Shown: one piece after another, positions 1 through 10,482 of the stretch
Layout of the letters: every line of letters starts with the position of its first letter
Position numbering within the stretch: the first letter of the stretch is position 1
Assembly (NCBI GenBank): GCA_039586795.1
Contig: JBDHJS010000015.1
Location: 32,001-96,000, forward strand
Source: Gemmatimonadota bacterium
GTDB lineage: Bacteria > Gemmatimonadota > Gemmatimonadetes > Palauibacterales > KS3-K002
DNA length: 64,000 bases
Reading direction: 5' to 3'
Notes under the pieces: model-generated
What the model was told of the DNA's origin: nothing
The model's input: the letters and a program-made list of their open reading frames with translations, nothing else
Database searches by the model: none
Translations under genes and position numbers: made by a program

Positions 1-1836
1 GCCAAAGTAGCGCACGTTGTCGACCACGCCGACGATCTCGCGGTAGATGTTCTCGTCGCGCCATGACCGAATGCGTTTGCCCAACGCGCTTTCGGTTGAA
101 CCGAACATCACCCGCGCGAATTCGCGATTGACGATCATCACGGGTAGCGAGCCGTCCGTATCAGCCTCGGTGAACCCGCGCCCAGCGATCAGCGGTAGGC
201 GCATCGTCTCGAAGTAGCTGGGCTGCACCACATCCCAGTTGGCGCTCACCTCTTCGCCATCTGGCGGTTCGGGCCTCCCCTCCGGAAGGTGGGCCCGGAA
301 CAGTATGAAGCCGCCACCGCCCAGTGGCAGCGTCGACATCGCTACCGCCGACTCGACGCCGGGGACCGCTTCCAGCCGTCCGCGCAGTTGAGCGTAGGCA
401 TCGGCTAACGGTTGCCCCCATTCGTAACGGGCGGAGGGCAGGGTCAAACGGAAAGTGACCAGGTCCTCGACGTCGAAGCCGGGATCCACATCGCGCAGAC
501 TGGCTACGCTGCGCAGCATCAGCCCGGCGCCGGCGAGCAATACGACGGCGAGCGCCAGCTCGCAGGCAACCAGAGCGCCCAGGGTGCGCCGGCCTTGCGG
601 ACCCGTTGTCGAGCCGAATGCGGCGTCGGCCAGCGTCCGGGAGGGGCCTTGTCGCGTGGCGCGGAACGCGGGGAAGAGGCCGAAGATCAATGCCGACCCG
701 ATCGAAATGAGAAGCGCGAAGCCGAGGACAGAGGCGTTCATGCTCACATGATCAATACGCGGCACATCGCTGGGCGCTAGCCACGTCACCAGGCGAATTC
801 CCCAGAGCGCGAGGAGTACGCCGACAGCGCCTCCCGCCAGCGCTAGCGCCAGGCTTTCGGACACTAGTTGCCGGACCAGTCGGAAGCGGCCAGCGCCGAT
901 TGCTGCACGAACCGCCATCTCACGCTGGCGCTTTGTCGCGCCAGCCAGTTGCAGGTTAGCAAGGTTGACGCAGCCAATGAGCAACACGAAACCGACGGCA
1001 CCGAGCATCACCCAGAGTATCGTTCGCGTGTCATTCCCTACGATGCGATCGGAAAGCGGAACGATATCGGCCGAGGTACCGGCTCGCAGCTGCGGGTAGT
1101 CCGCCTCGATGCGCTGAGCGATGGAGACGAGTTGGGCCCGTGCCTGGTCGAGAGTCTGTCCGGGACGCAACCGGGCGTATGCATTAAACCCAAAACTGTC
1201 GCGGTCACGCCAGCCGACCAGCCGTCGCGGCGTCGGTCGCAACGGTACAAAGAGCGGCGCCGGCAACACATCTAACTCGGGTGACATCACTCCAACCACC
1301 GAAACTGGCTCGCCGTCCAGCCGGATGGTGCGACCTATGACGTCGCGATCTCCGCCAAAGCGACTTTGCCACAACCCGAACGAAAGAACGGCAACTGTTG
1401 GCGCCCCCACCCCGTACTCGGCTGCCTCTGGCACACGGCCCAGGGTAGCCGCGACGCCCAGGGTTTCGAAGAAGTCTGCGCTGTGGTGAAGAGTGCGGAT
1501 ACGCTCCGGTTCACCTGATCCGTCGGCGAGATCCCGGGCGCCGTGCCTGAACACGGTGACGTGCTCGAAGATCTCTGCCTCCCGCCAGTCTTCGTAGTCG
1601 GCGTAATTGACCGACCCCGAAGTCACGCCGCGCTCCGGCCAGGTGGCCAGAATCACCGCTAGCCGCTCCGAGCCGGGAAATGGCCAGGGTCGTAACAGAG
1701 TCCCCTCGACGACGCTGAAGACGGTGGTGGTCGCCGCAACGCCGACTCCGATAGTCAGCACGGCGACCGCTGTGAATCCGATGCGTTTATGGAATAGGCG
1801 CAAGCCGTGCCGCAGGTCGTGGAGTAGACCGGTCAT
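1..1836 (-). CDS. ADOP-type duplicated ABC permease (MacB/FtsX domains), 3' end truncated by window edge
   Basis: Manual translation of both ends: MTGLLHDLRHGLRLFHKRIGFTAVAVLTIGVGVAATTTVFSVV...GFDVEDL...VVQPSYFETMRLPLIAGRGF...EIVGVV, in the same frame. RBS AAGGAG upstream of ATG 1836. Absent from the ORF track because it has no stop in the window. Confidence 0.9.
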   Translation of the reverse strand, partial: MTGLLHDLRHGLRLFHKRIGFTAVAVLTIGVGVAATTTVFSVVEGTLLRPWPFPGSERLAVILATWPERGVTSGSVNYADYEDWREAEIFEHVTVFRHGARDLADGSGEPERIRTLHHSADFFETLGVAATLGRVPEAAEYGVGAPTVAVLSFGLWQSRFGGDRDVIGRTIRLDGEPVSVVGVMSPELDVLPAPLFVPLRPTPRRLVGWRDRDSFGFNAYARLRPGQTLDQARAQLVSIAQRIEADYPQLRAGTSADIVPLSDRIVGNDTRTILWVMLGAVGFVLLIGCVNLANLQLAGATKRQREMAVRAAIGAGRFRLVRQLVSESLALALAGGAVGVLLALWGIRLVTWLAPSDVPRIDHVSMNASVLGFALLISIGSALIFGLFPAFRATRQGPSRTLADAAFGSTTGPQGRRTLGALVACELALAVVLLAGAGLMLRSVASLRDVDPGFDVEDLVTFRLTLPSARYEWGQPLADAYAQLRGRLEAVPGVESAVAMSTLPLGGGGFILFRAHLPEGRPEPPDGEEVSANWDVVQPSYFETMRLPLIAGRGFTEADTDGSLPVMIVNREFARVMFGSTESALGKRIRSWRDENIYREIVGVVDNVRYFG

Positions 1837-1948
1837 GGAGGCTCTCCTTGGTCGGGCTGGCCGGGGCGCACGAGTCCCTAGGCTCCATGACGTTGGATAG
1901 TTTAGGCGAGCACTTGGTTGCGTTGTCGCCCGGGGGGGCGACGAGCTT

Positions 1949-3553
1949 CTACTCGGTGCTGGCTTTGTCCCGCGCTTCTCTCACACCGGGCAGCGACGCG
2001 TCGGCGTTGGCCCAGATCCTGGCCAGCGTCTGGTAGATCTCGGCGGCGAGTTGCGCTTCGCCCGCTGCCTCGGCGGCGCGGGCCAGGCCGAGCAGAGATT
2101 CCGCTCGCAGCGGTGCCCGGGAAAGGGCGCCGTCGAAAGCGGCGCGGGCTTCGACGAACTTGGAGCTTGCCAGTAGCATCTCGCCGAGCAATTCGTGTGA
2201 CGGCTTTACGATGCGCGGTGGCCCGTACTCGTACGGAATCTCCTCCTCGATCTTCGTTGCCGTGCGCAGGAGATCGAGGGCTCCTGTCTCATTTCCCGCA
2301 TCATCGAGCAGTAGAGCTTCCAGTTCGAGCGTCATGACGCGTGCCGCCTGAACGTTGGGTCCATAGGTCGACGGATCAACTTCGCCGGTTGGCTGCAGGC
2401 GCTGTTTCATACTGGCAAGCGCTTCTTCAGCGGCGGCGCGATCGCCGAGGGCCAGCGCCGCCGCACCGTTGGCGAAATGGTGCCGGGCCACGATGCCGGT
2501 ACTCAGTCCGTCCACAGCGACCTCGATGCGGAGGGCGTCGTCTTGCCACCGGCGCGTGTTGACCAGGTAGTCGGCGCGCATCATCGCCAGGTGTGTTCGC
2601 GCCCGACGGGACCCGCTCGCCTCTTCGTTCTCCATCATCTGTACGAGTAGTACGCGGGCATCGTCGTAGCGGCCCTGCTGGATGTATCCATAGGCCAGCC
2701 AGTGAAGCGCATGGTAGTTTCGCTGATCGACAGGAAGGTCTTTCCGCTGAACTCTTTCGTCTGCCACCTCAACGGCGCGGAGATTCGCCAGAACCACGTC
2801 GTTCCAGTATCCGAGGGCGACGAAGATGTGCGAGATCATGTGCTGCGCGTGACTGGCCGCCGGGGCGATGTCGGCGTAGGCACGAGCGGCCCGTAGTCCC
2901 AATGGCGCGTGCACGGGATCGTCGTATGAATGGATCAGATAATGAACGGCCCCCGGGTGACGCGGGTTATCGCGAAACACTTCTTCGGCCTGAGCGGCGG
3001 CGCGCATGTAGGTTTGGTGGTCGCGGCCGTCGTGAGCGGTACCAAGGATGGCCAGCGCGTAGAACGCCTGGGCCTCGTCATCATCGGGGTAGTTCTGGTG
3101 CAGGCGTCGCATGGCCTCGGCGTACGCGCGGTCGCGCTCCAGCTTCGGCCCATCGCCGTAGAGTATCTCGAGCGCCAGCAGGTAGGCTTTCTCGCGTTCG
3201 GTGGGCGCTTTGGCGAGCCGCGCCTGCGTTGTCGGGCCTAAGCGTTCCAAGACCTCCCATGCGGACTCGCGGTCCTGTTCGCTCCACAGCGAGTGGTTGT
3301 ACGTCATCGCTTCGCCCCAGTACGCCATCGCGAAGTCGGGATCTAGATGCTGGGCCTCGCGAAAGGCTTCGGCGGCATCGACGTACTCGAAGCTGTGTAG
3401 CAAGAGCGCGCCGCGGATGAAGTGAGCTTGCGCGTCAGGCGCGCCGGACGTGGGAAAGTCTATGTTACCGAGGCTTCCGGACTGGGCTGGAGCGCTTGGA
3501 GCCGCGATTAGATACAGCACGGCCGTCAAGGTGATGGCGATTGGCTTGCGCAT
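1949..3553 (-). CDS. Secreted TPR-repeat protein
   Basis: Signal peptide (MRKPIAITLTAVLYLIAAPSAPA), TPR-like helices (AAEAFREAQHLDPDFAMAYWG), HPGAVHYLIH and HAQHMISHIF motifs. Start chosen at MRKP within ORF 1949..3613. Confidence 0.8.
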   Translation of the reverse strand: MRKPIAITLTAVLYLIAAPSAPAQSGSLGNIDFPTSGAPDAQAHFIRGALLLHSFEYVDAAEAFREAQHLDPDFAMAYWGEAMTYNHSLWSEQDRESAWEVLERLGPTTQARLAKAPTEREKAYLLALEILYGDGPKLERDRAYAEAMRRLHQNYPDDDEAQAFYALAILGTAHDGRDHQTYMRAAAQAEEVFRDNPRHPGAVHYLIHSYDDPVHAPLGLRAARAYADIAPAASHAQHMISHIFVALGYWNDVVLANLRAVEVADERVQRKDLPVDQRNYHALHWLAYGYIQQGRYDDARVLLVQMMENEEASGSRRARTHLAMMRADYLVNTRRWQDDALRIEVAVDGLSTGIVARHHFANGAAALALGDRAAAEEALASMKQRLQPTGEVDPSTYGPNVQAARVMTLELEALLLDDAGNETGALDLLRTATKIEEEIPYEYGPPRIVKPSHELLGEMLLASSKFVEARAAFDGALSRAPLRAESLLGLARAAEAAGEAQLAAEIYQTLARIWANADASLPGVREARDKASTE

Positions 3554-3877
3554 CCTATCCACCTGGCGTCTGTGATTCATGTGATGGGCCATGCCGCGGG
3601 GATCGAGCGTCAACTCGATACAACTAGCGGTGGCCGGGGCTCGGTAGGCGCACGAGGAAGTCCGCCGTACGGGAACAAGATGGTTCGCTGTAGGGTCAAG
3701 TTCAACCGCTGTGTTGAAAAGAGCTCAGCGCGGTCGATGTCTACCGAAACAGCTCCTCACCAATGCCCGTAGTAACGGGTGGCAGGACTCCTCGTGCCAA
3801 GCCCGCGCCAACCCAATGGCCGGCTCTTGTGTCCAACAAGGTGGCACCGGTGTAAGAACGCGACAGGAGTCATTCGC

Positions 3878-6289
3878 ATGCTATCCGACCTGCGGTACGC
3901 GCTCAGATCAATCGCGCGACGTCCCGTTTTCTCGCTGATTCTCGTCCTGATTCTCGGCCTCGGCCTGGGCGCCAACGCGGCGATGTTCAGCATAGTGGAC
4001 TCGGTGCTGCTGGAGCCATTGCCGTTCCCGGAGTCGGAGCGCTTGGTCTGGCTGTGGAACCGAACGCCGGAAGGAAACAACAACTCGATAGCGGCGCTCG
4101 ACTACATGGACTACCGAGAGCGCAATACGACGCTAGAGAACGTAGCAGCCTACTCGATCTGGCCCGAGCGCTACGTCATAACGGGCGTTGATGAGCCCGA
4201 GGTTCTGTCTGGTGCCGCGGCCTCTTGGAATTTCTTCCGCACGCTGGGCGTCGAGCCGGCCATCGGACGTGGATTGTTGCCGGAGGATGAGGATCCGTCG
4301 TCCGGGAACCCGGTAATCTTGGGCCATGGCGTGTGGCAGAGACAGTTCGGGGGTGACCCGCAGATCCTCGGCCGGACGGTGAACCTGGAGGGGAGCACGT
4401 TCGAGGTTGTGGGAGTGATGCCTGCGGATTTCGCGTTCCCGACGTGGGCGGAGCTATGGCGGCCGATGCGGATGAGCGACAGGGTGTCCCAGAGTCGAGG
4501 CAACAACAACTTCCGAGTATTCGGTCGGTTGAACCCGGGCGTTAGCCTTGAGACCGCCGATGCGGATCTCTTGTCCATCTCGAGAGGCATCGTTGATGAG
4601 TTCCCGGAGGCGTATCAGGGATGGTCGGTCAGGCTGGTTGCGCTCCAGGAAGTGTTCGTTGGTGGCGTACGCGGTGTCCTGTGGATCCTGCTCGGCGCCG
4701 TGGCCCTGGTGCTATTGATCGCGTGCGCAAATGTGGCGGCGCTGCTGCTTGCTAGGGCCGTTGAGCGCGACGGTGAAATGGCCGTGCGGGTGGCGTTGGG
4801 CGCCTCGCGGGTTCGGGTTGCCCGTCAAGTGCTCACTGAAAGTGTGGTCACTGGACTTCTTGGCGGCGCCCTGGGTCTGCTTATCGCTTACAGCACGCTG
4901 GGCGCTCTGGCGGCGGCTGGCGGCGGGTCACTGCCGAACTTGGCCGGTGTCGAGCTAGATTCTACGGCTCTCGCCTTCACCCTGGTGGTATCCTTGGCGA
5001 CCGGTCTGCTCTTTGGCCTTGCGCCGGCGTTGCGGGCGCCGCGTCTACAGATCGTGGATACGCTCAAGGAGGGCCGCCGCGGGATGCGCGCGAGCGGTGG
5101 GCTGAGGTTGCAGAGCGGGTTGGTGATAGGGCAGGTGGCGCTGTCGCTTATCCTGCTCATCGGTTCCGGACTGTTGATCAGAAGCTTCCTGCAGCTCAAA
5201 CAGGAAGAGCTGGGATTTCGTCCGCAGGGCGTCCTTACCGCGCGGCTTCAACTATCGCAGGCCGAGTTTGGCGGCGAGCAGGGACAGCATCCGTACCTCT
5301 TCCATCAGGCAGCGCTGGAGCGGGTGCGGGCTGTCCCCGGTGTCGAAGAAGCGGGAATGATCACCCGGCTTCCGGTGATCTCCGGCCTCGGCCCTTGGAA
5401 CTACGTTCACGCGGATGGCAGGCCGCCGGCAACGCCGGCGGACCGGATGGGCGCGACGCGACGCGTGGTCTCGCCGGGCTATTTCGAAGCGATGGGGATA
5501 CCGCTGCTGCGCGGCCGCACGCTGACCGAGGCTGATGATGCGAACGCTCCGCTGGTGGCGGTCATCAGTCGTGGGCTGGCGGAGATGTTCTTCCCCGGGG
5601 AAGACCCGCTTGGCCGCTCAGTCGTCTATCCGTGGGATCCTGATGTCCACTTCGAGGTCGTCGGCATCGTCGGCGACATTCCGCTGAGCTCGATCCAGAT
5701 GGGGGATGAGCAGCCGACGATCTACTGGTCGCTGGCGCAGAACGGGCGAATGGACACGCGGCTGGTCGTTAGAACGGCCGGCGATCCGGCGGCAGTGATT
5801 CCGTCGGTCCGCGCAGCGATTCGGGAGGTCAATCCCAACGTACCCATCTCCGCGGTTCGCCCGATGTCCGAGGTCGTCTCTTCTTCGATGGCGCAGAGTC
5901 GATTTCGCACGCTGCTACTGAGCGCCTTCGCCGGCGTCGCGATGCTGCTGGCGGCGCTCGGTTTGTACGGCGTGCTGGCGCAACTGGTCGGTCGGCGTAC
6001 TCACGAGCTGGGTGTGCGAATTGCCATGGGCGCGGATCGTTCGAACATCTTGGGCTGGGTGCTGGGGCAGGGTGCCAAGCTCGCCGTAATCGGCCTGGTT
6101 CTCGGGTTGGGCGGTGCGGTCGCGACGACGCGGTTCACTCGGGGAATGCTGTTCGGTGTGGAGCCGTTGGATCCGCTCACGTTCGGCGGCACGGCGGTGA
6201 TCTTGTTGCTGGTAGCGCTGGCAGCGGCGCTCGTTCCGGCGTGGCGGGCGACGCGGGTCGACCCAGTCGAGTGCCTACGCTCAGAGTAG
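3878..6289 (+). CDS. ADOP-type duplicated ABC permease (MacB/FtsX domains)
   Basis: MLSDLRYALRS start after AGGAG; LVLLIACANVA, GQVALSLILLIGSGLL, ELGVRIAMGA and PAWRATRVDP..LRSE motifs. Confidence 0.92.
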   Translation: MLSDLRYALRSIARRPVFSLILVLILGLGLGANAAMFSIVDSVLLEPLPFPESERLVWLWNRTPEGNNNSIAALDYMDYRERNTTLENVAAYSIWPERYVITGVDEPEVLSGAAASWNFFRTLGVEPAIGRGLLPEDEDPSSGNPVILGHGVWQRQFGGDPQILGRTVNLEGSTFEVVGVMPADFAFPTWAELWRPMRMSDRVSQSRGNNNFRVFGRLNPGVSLETADADLLSISRGIVDEFPEAYQGWSVRLVALQEVFVGGVRGVLWILLGAVALVLLIACANVAALLLARAVERDGEMAVRVALGASRVRVARQVLTESVVTGLLGGALGLLIAYSTLGALAAAGGGSLPNLAGVELDSTALAFTLVVSLATGLLFGLAPALRAPRLQIVDTLKEGRRGMRASGGLRLQSGLVIGQVALSLILLIGSGLLIRSFLQLKQEELGFRPQGVLTARLQLSQAEFGGEQGQHPYLFHQAALERVRAVPGVEEAGMITRLPVISGLGPWNYVHADGRPPATPADRMGATRRVVSPGYFEAMGIPLLRGRTLTEADDANAPLVAVISRGLAEMFFPGEDPLGRSVVYPWDPDVHFEVVGIVGDIPLSSIQMGDEQPTIYWSLAQNGRMDTRLVVRTAGDPAAVIPSVRAAIREVNPNVPISAVRPMSEVVSSSMAQSRFRTLLLSAFAGVAMLLAALGLYGVLAQLVGRRTHELGVRIAMGADRSNILGWVLGQGAKLAVIGLVLGLGGAVATTRFTRGMLFGVEPLDPLTFGGTAVILLLVALAAALVPAWRATRVDPVECLRSE

Positions 6290-6301
6290 TCGGGCGTTCT
6301 G

Positions 6302-8098
6302 TTACTCGCCGAGTCCGACTCTCCTCAGCAGGTCGACGAACCTGGGATCGTCGCGGAGTTCGTCGACGCCGGGCGTCAGGATTCGCCAGCTGAATGTCGG
6401 GTCCCCGGTCTCGATGCTTCTCTCCAGCCATTCGAAGGCTTCGTCGATGTTACCGAGGCCGGCGTGGATGAATGCGAACTCCATTGGAGAGACATGACGC
6501 GTCTTGGCGGCCTCCTCCAGTTCGCTCAGCAATTCCAAAGCTTCGGCTCGGCGGCCCGCTGCGCCGTAAAGGTGACCGAGCTCCGCTTGCCCTAGGAATC
6601 TGTCGGATTCTTCCAGCGTGCGTAGGTACATCTCCCGTGCTTCTTCGTACTTCCCCTGTTCCTCGTAGACGGTGCCGAGCTCTTGAAAGGATCCTACGAA
6701 ATGGGGATCCAGCTCGATCGCCTTCCTCAGGCGCTCCGCAGCGCGATCATACTCGCCGGCCCAGCGCAGGATCATCCCCACGTTCGTGTTGATGATGAGA
6801 GATAGCGGATCCAGCTTGACGGCAAGTTCGATCTGCTCGATCGCTTCATCGAGCCGACCGATGGTTCCCAGATGGCCGGCGTACCATTGGTGACCGGTCG
6901 CATATCCTGGACTGAGGGCTACGCCTTTCTCATACGCGGCTGTCGCACCGTCCCAATCGTTGTTGCTTGACAGCGTCTGAGCGAGCGCAATGTGAGCTTC
7001 ACCGAGTGCCGGGTCGATCCGGAGTGCCGTCTCGGCCGCGATCATTGCTTCCCTTGAAGCATCAGCCGGAGCAACGAAGCCCCAGTCCGCCATTATCGAA
7101 TAGCTGTCCGCAACACCGACCCAGGCCGGCGCATAGTCGGGATCGATCTGGGTGGCCTGCAGAAAGAGATCCAGCGCTGTCTCGAGTCCATCGCGAGACC
7201 GCTTGTTCCAGAAGTACCGTCCCTGGAGGTAGAGGTTGTAGGCGTCCAGATTCTCAGTCGGTGTCCGCGCGACCTGGCCGCGTTCGTCGGGCGTGAGCTG
7301 CGCGTGTAGCGCGTCGGCGATCTTGAACGCGACGTCGCTCTGGATAGCAAAAACGTCGGTGAGCTGTCGGTTGTACTGTTCGGCCCAGAGATGTTCGTCG
7401 GTCTGCGCATCGATGAGCTGGGCGTTGATTCGCACTCGGTCGCCGGACCGCTGAACGCCGCCTTCGAGAATCGTCGCCACACCTAGCTCGTCGGCGATCT
7501 CTAGCAGGCCCTTATCGCTGTCCTTGTAGCGCATGACCGAAGTGCGGGAGATCACCTTGAGGTCGGAGAGTTTGGACAGGTGGGTTATGATGTCATCGGT
7601 GATGCCATCGCTGAAATACTCGTTCTCCGGGTCGCCGCTCATGTTGGCGAACGGAAGCACGGCAATGGAGCGACTGTCGGGCTGGAGCGCCCCAGCACCA
7701 TCACCGGGACTTGCAACGCCGTGGCTGGCGACCCACCAGACGCCGCCGATCAACAAGATCATGCCGGCGAAGGCCAGTAAGCCGGCCGGCCAGCGAGCGG
7801 AGCGGGGCTCGGCAACGATAGCTCGAAGCTCTCCGGAGGTCGCCGGGTCGGTGCGCCGTACGCCATCAGGTGTCGACTCGAACGCCCAGGCGAGGACCAG
7901 CGCGATCGGGAAACCGATGAGGCTGAGGGCAACGACGAAGGCAACGGTCCACTCGGGCAGGCCGATCGCCGGGAAAACGACATCGGCCAACTGCATAACG
8001 CCGAAAGCGACGGCGCCGTAGACGGCCGCGATTCTGAACACTTGCCGCCGTTTGAGTTCGGCGAATAACGTCTGGTAGGGTCCGGGTTGATTCGTCAT
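6302..8098 (-). CDS. Membrane-anchored TolB-like (SIAVLPF) / TPR protein
   Basis: N-terminal ELKRRQVFR plus 3 TM segments, SIAVLPFANMSGD..EYFSDGITDDII, multiple TPRs, C-terminal LRDDPRF. Start chosen at MTNQ. Confidence 0.85.
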   Translation of the reverse strand: MTNQPGPYQTLFAELKRRQVFRIAAVYGAVAFGVMQLADVVFPAIGLPEWTVAFVVALSLIGFPIALVLAWAFESTPDGVRRTDPATSGELRAIVAEPRSARWPAGLLAFAGMILLIGGVWWVASHGVASPGDGAGALQPDSRSIAVLPFANMSGDPENEYFSDGITDDIITHLSKLSDLKVISRTSVMRYKDSDKGLLEIADELGVATILEGGVQRSGDRVRINAQLIDAQTDEHLWAEQYNRQLTDVFAIQSDVAFKIADALHAQLTPDERGQVARTPTENLDAYNLYLQGRYFWNKRSRDGLETALDLFLQATQIDPDYAPAWVGVADSYSIMADWGFVAPADASREAMIAAETALRIDPALGEAHIALAQTLSSNNDWDGATAAYEKGVALSPGYATGHQWYAGHLGTIGRLDEAIEQIELAVKLDPLSLIINTNVGMILRWAGEYDRAAERLRKAIELDPHFVGSFQELGTVYEEQGKYEEAREMYLRTLEESDRFLGQAELGHLYGAAGRRAEALELLSELEEAAKTRHVSPMEFAFIHAGLGNIDEAFEWLERSIETGDPTFSWRILTPGVDELRDDPRFVDLLRRVGLGE

Positions 8099-8294
8099 GG
8101 GTGAAGAAGATGCGTATGCTTGGTCGGAATGCCAACCCACTGCCTCAGGCGCTTGAGACGCGCCGACGCCGGAGGTATTATCAGCCATTGGCAATGCCCC
8201 ATCAGCGCCCGAGACAGCGGCGGGTATCCTGCAACAAAAGCAGATTTCATACATGCCGTCGACCCGGCGGTGTTGCTCCATTCGCGAGGGTCAC

Positions 8295-9062
8295 ATGGAT
8301 AAGGATCGAAGAAGGACGTTGGCCTTCCTGGGCGGCGGCGTTGCGGCGGGAGTCATCGGCCCGGCGTTCCTCGGCTGCGCGCCTGCCGACGACGTCGCGG
8401 ATGCAGCCCGACCCAATCTGCCCTTTCCGTACGCGAAGCTCGATCCGGACCGGATAGGAGAGGCGGGGTACAAGAATTTCTACGTCGGCGACTGTATGTA
8501 CGGCGTGCTGGCGACGATCGTCGATGCTTTGGCGGAAGAGGTCGGCGAACCGTTCGCATCGTTTCCAACGGACGTTACACGCTACGGTGCAGGCGGCGTG
8601 GTGGGGTGGGGAACGCTGTGCGGCGCGGCCAACGGAGCGGCGATGGCGATATATATGGTGTCAAGAGATCCCGCCCGGGCCATCAATGAGGTGTACGGCT
8701 TTTACGAAAGCGAGGCGTTGCCCAACTTCATTCCCAGCGATGCCCGATTCCAGCTCCCGTCGTCCGTATCGCATTCGACGTTGTGCCATGTCTCGATCTC
8801 CAAGTGGTGCGACGCTTCCGGCCACAAGTCTTACTCGCCGGAGCGGGCCGACCGCTGCGCACAGTTAGTGGGGTCGGTGGCGAGGTACACGGTCGAGGTA
8901 CTAAACGCGCAGTTCGACAGTGTATTCCAGCCGGTGCATCCCATCTCCGCCGCCGCTGCCGCCTGCCGCGGTTGCCATGACCGGGGAGGCGTGTTAGAGA
9001 ATTCCCTGGGCATGATGGATTGCACAACCTGTCACACCAATCAAACCTCCGGTCACCCGTAG
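8295..9062 (+). CDS. C-GCAxxG-C-C family protein / split-Soret cytochrome c-like
   Basis: Tat-like RRRTLAFL signal, DCMYG, TLCGAANG, LCHVS, RC, and two C-terminal CxxCH motifs (CRGCH, CTTCH). Confidence 0.85.
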   Translation: MDKDRRRTLAFLGGGVAAGVIGPAFLGCAPADDVADAARPNLPFPYAKLDPDRIGEAGYKNFYVGDCMYGVLATIVDALAEEVGEPFASFPTDVTRYGAGGVVGWGTLCGAANGAAMAIYMVSRDPARAINEVYGFYESEALPNFIPSDARFQLPSSVSHSTLCHVSISKWCDASGHKSYSPERADRCAQLVGSVARYTVEVLNAQFDSVFQPVHPISAAAAACRGCHDRGGVLENSLGMMDCTTCHTNQTSGHP

Positions 9063-9073
9063 GCAATGACGAC

Positions 9074-9709
9074 ATGATGAAACGCGCAAATATGATATCA
9101 GTGGCCATCGGCGCCGTGGTAGGTCTTGGCGCCGGGGTGCTGATCGGCCGGGCGACGGCGCCCGATGTGGACGCGATGAGCCGAACCTTCGGCGTGGAGC
9201 TCGAGGGGCGGCCGTTGTTGGGTTCCAAGAACGCGCCGGTCACGATCATCGAATTCACCGACTACGAGTGCGCGTTCTGCCGGCGCTACAACCAGACGAC
9301 TTTCCCGGTTTTGCTCGAGCAGTACGGAGACCGCTTGAGCTACACGGTGCGTCACTTCCCGATTAGCTACCAGCATCGAAGGGCCCATAAGGCAGCGCAA
9401 GCGGCGGAGTGTGCCGGCGATCAGGGGAAATTCTTCGAGTTCCATGACGTCCTGTTCAAGCAGACGCCGGCGCTGGAAGAGAACAGCCTGATCCGCTACG
9501 CGGCGATGATGCGCCTGAATACAGACGTGTTTCGGGATTGCCTGCAATCGGGTGTGAAGTCGGACATCGTTGATGATGACATGCAGGCTGGGATCGCCCG
9601 TGGCCTACCGGGCACGCCGGCATTCTTGATCAACGGACGAGTACTCTACGGAGCGCAACCCACCGAGGTGTTTCAGAGAACCATCGAGCGGGAGCTATCG
9701 GAGAACTAG
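9074..9709 (+). CDS. DsbA-family thioredoxin-fold protein
   Basis: N-terminal TM, APVTIIEFTDYECAFC, GTPAFLING, GAQP. Confidence 0.9.
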   Translation: MMKRANMISVAIGAVVGLGAGVLIGRATAPDVDAMSRTFGVELEGRPLLGSKNAPVTIIEFTDYECAFCRRYNQTTFPVLLEQYGDRLSYTVRHFPISYQHRRAHKAAQAAECAGDQGKFFEFHDVLFKQTPALEENSLIRYAAMMRLNTDVFRDCLQSGVKSDIVDDDMQAGIARGLPGTPAFLINGRVLYGAQPTEVFQRTIERELSEN

Positions 9710-9716
9710 CTGCGGA

Positions 9717-10013
9717 TCAGCGACCCAGTTTCTCGGCAAGCAAGGACCAGTAGCTCTCGCAATAGTCACAAGAACAGTCAACGCTACCCGACTTGAGTCG
9801 CGGGCATCGTCCGTTTCCGTTGGTCGGGAGCTGCTGGGCGATGATCTCGGTGAGATTCTGGAGCGTGCTGCCTGAAATCCCGGCCACGAGCGCGATCCTG
9901 TGGGCGTGTCTCCCATTGGGGCGCTGTGGCCTGTCCGCCGCAGAAATATCGGGCTTTTTGACTGAATCTTCTTGAGGGTCGGGTTCGAGTTGTATTTGCC
10001 TGAGGCTGCTCAC
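9717..10013 (-). CDS. Small hypothetical protein with C-terminal 4-Cys cluster
   Basis: GTG start preceded by AGGAGAG; ends RCPRLKSGSVDCSCDYCESYW; fills an otherwise empty intergenic gap. Confidence 0.5.
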   Translation of the reverse strand: MSSLRQIQLEPDPQEDSVKKPDISAADRPQRPNGRHAHRIALVAGISGSTLQNLTEIIAQQLPTNGNGRCPRLKSGSVDCSCDYCESYWSLLAEKLGR

Positions 10014-10482
10014 GACTTCTCTCTCCTGGCCTAAATTCTGGCCTTTCGCGCCGGCGGCGCCCTCCAGAAAGCGCCTGACGGGGATCGGCGATTCTACAAC
10101 GCGGCGGGCTATAAGGGAAGAAGGGCAACTTGCATGCCCGTAGTTTGTGAACGGAGGCCTCCTATGTTCAGCGGGGTTAACAGCTTCTGCTTGTTGAAAG
10201 GGCGCCCGGCGAGTAGGAGTGGGACGATCTTTGCCCCTCGTGCGGAGGCGACATGACCCATCTCGTCGGCCCGAAGTACTGGACCGTCCAACTGTGGGCC
10301 CGCATCGCTGGTCGGCAACGGAATTCCCGACGATCCACGTCGATGCCGGGTTCGCCTTATTGGAGGAGGCACGTCGCGTCGCCAGTTTCGCCTATCTCCA
10401 ACCCATTGTCGAGCAGGCTAAGGAATCGTTCGCCCGCCTGTCTAGCGACTCTAATCGCTGAGTCTGTTAGCCCATCCGGAAG

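Noticed and set aside
10219..10461. 80-aa plus-strand ORF in an intergenic gap
   Set aside because: No recognisable motif and ambiguous start; cannot be supported, though not excluded.
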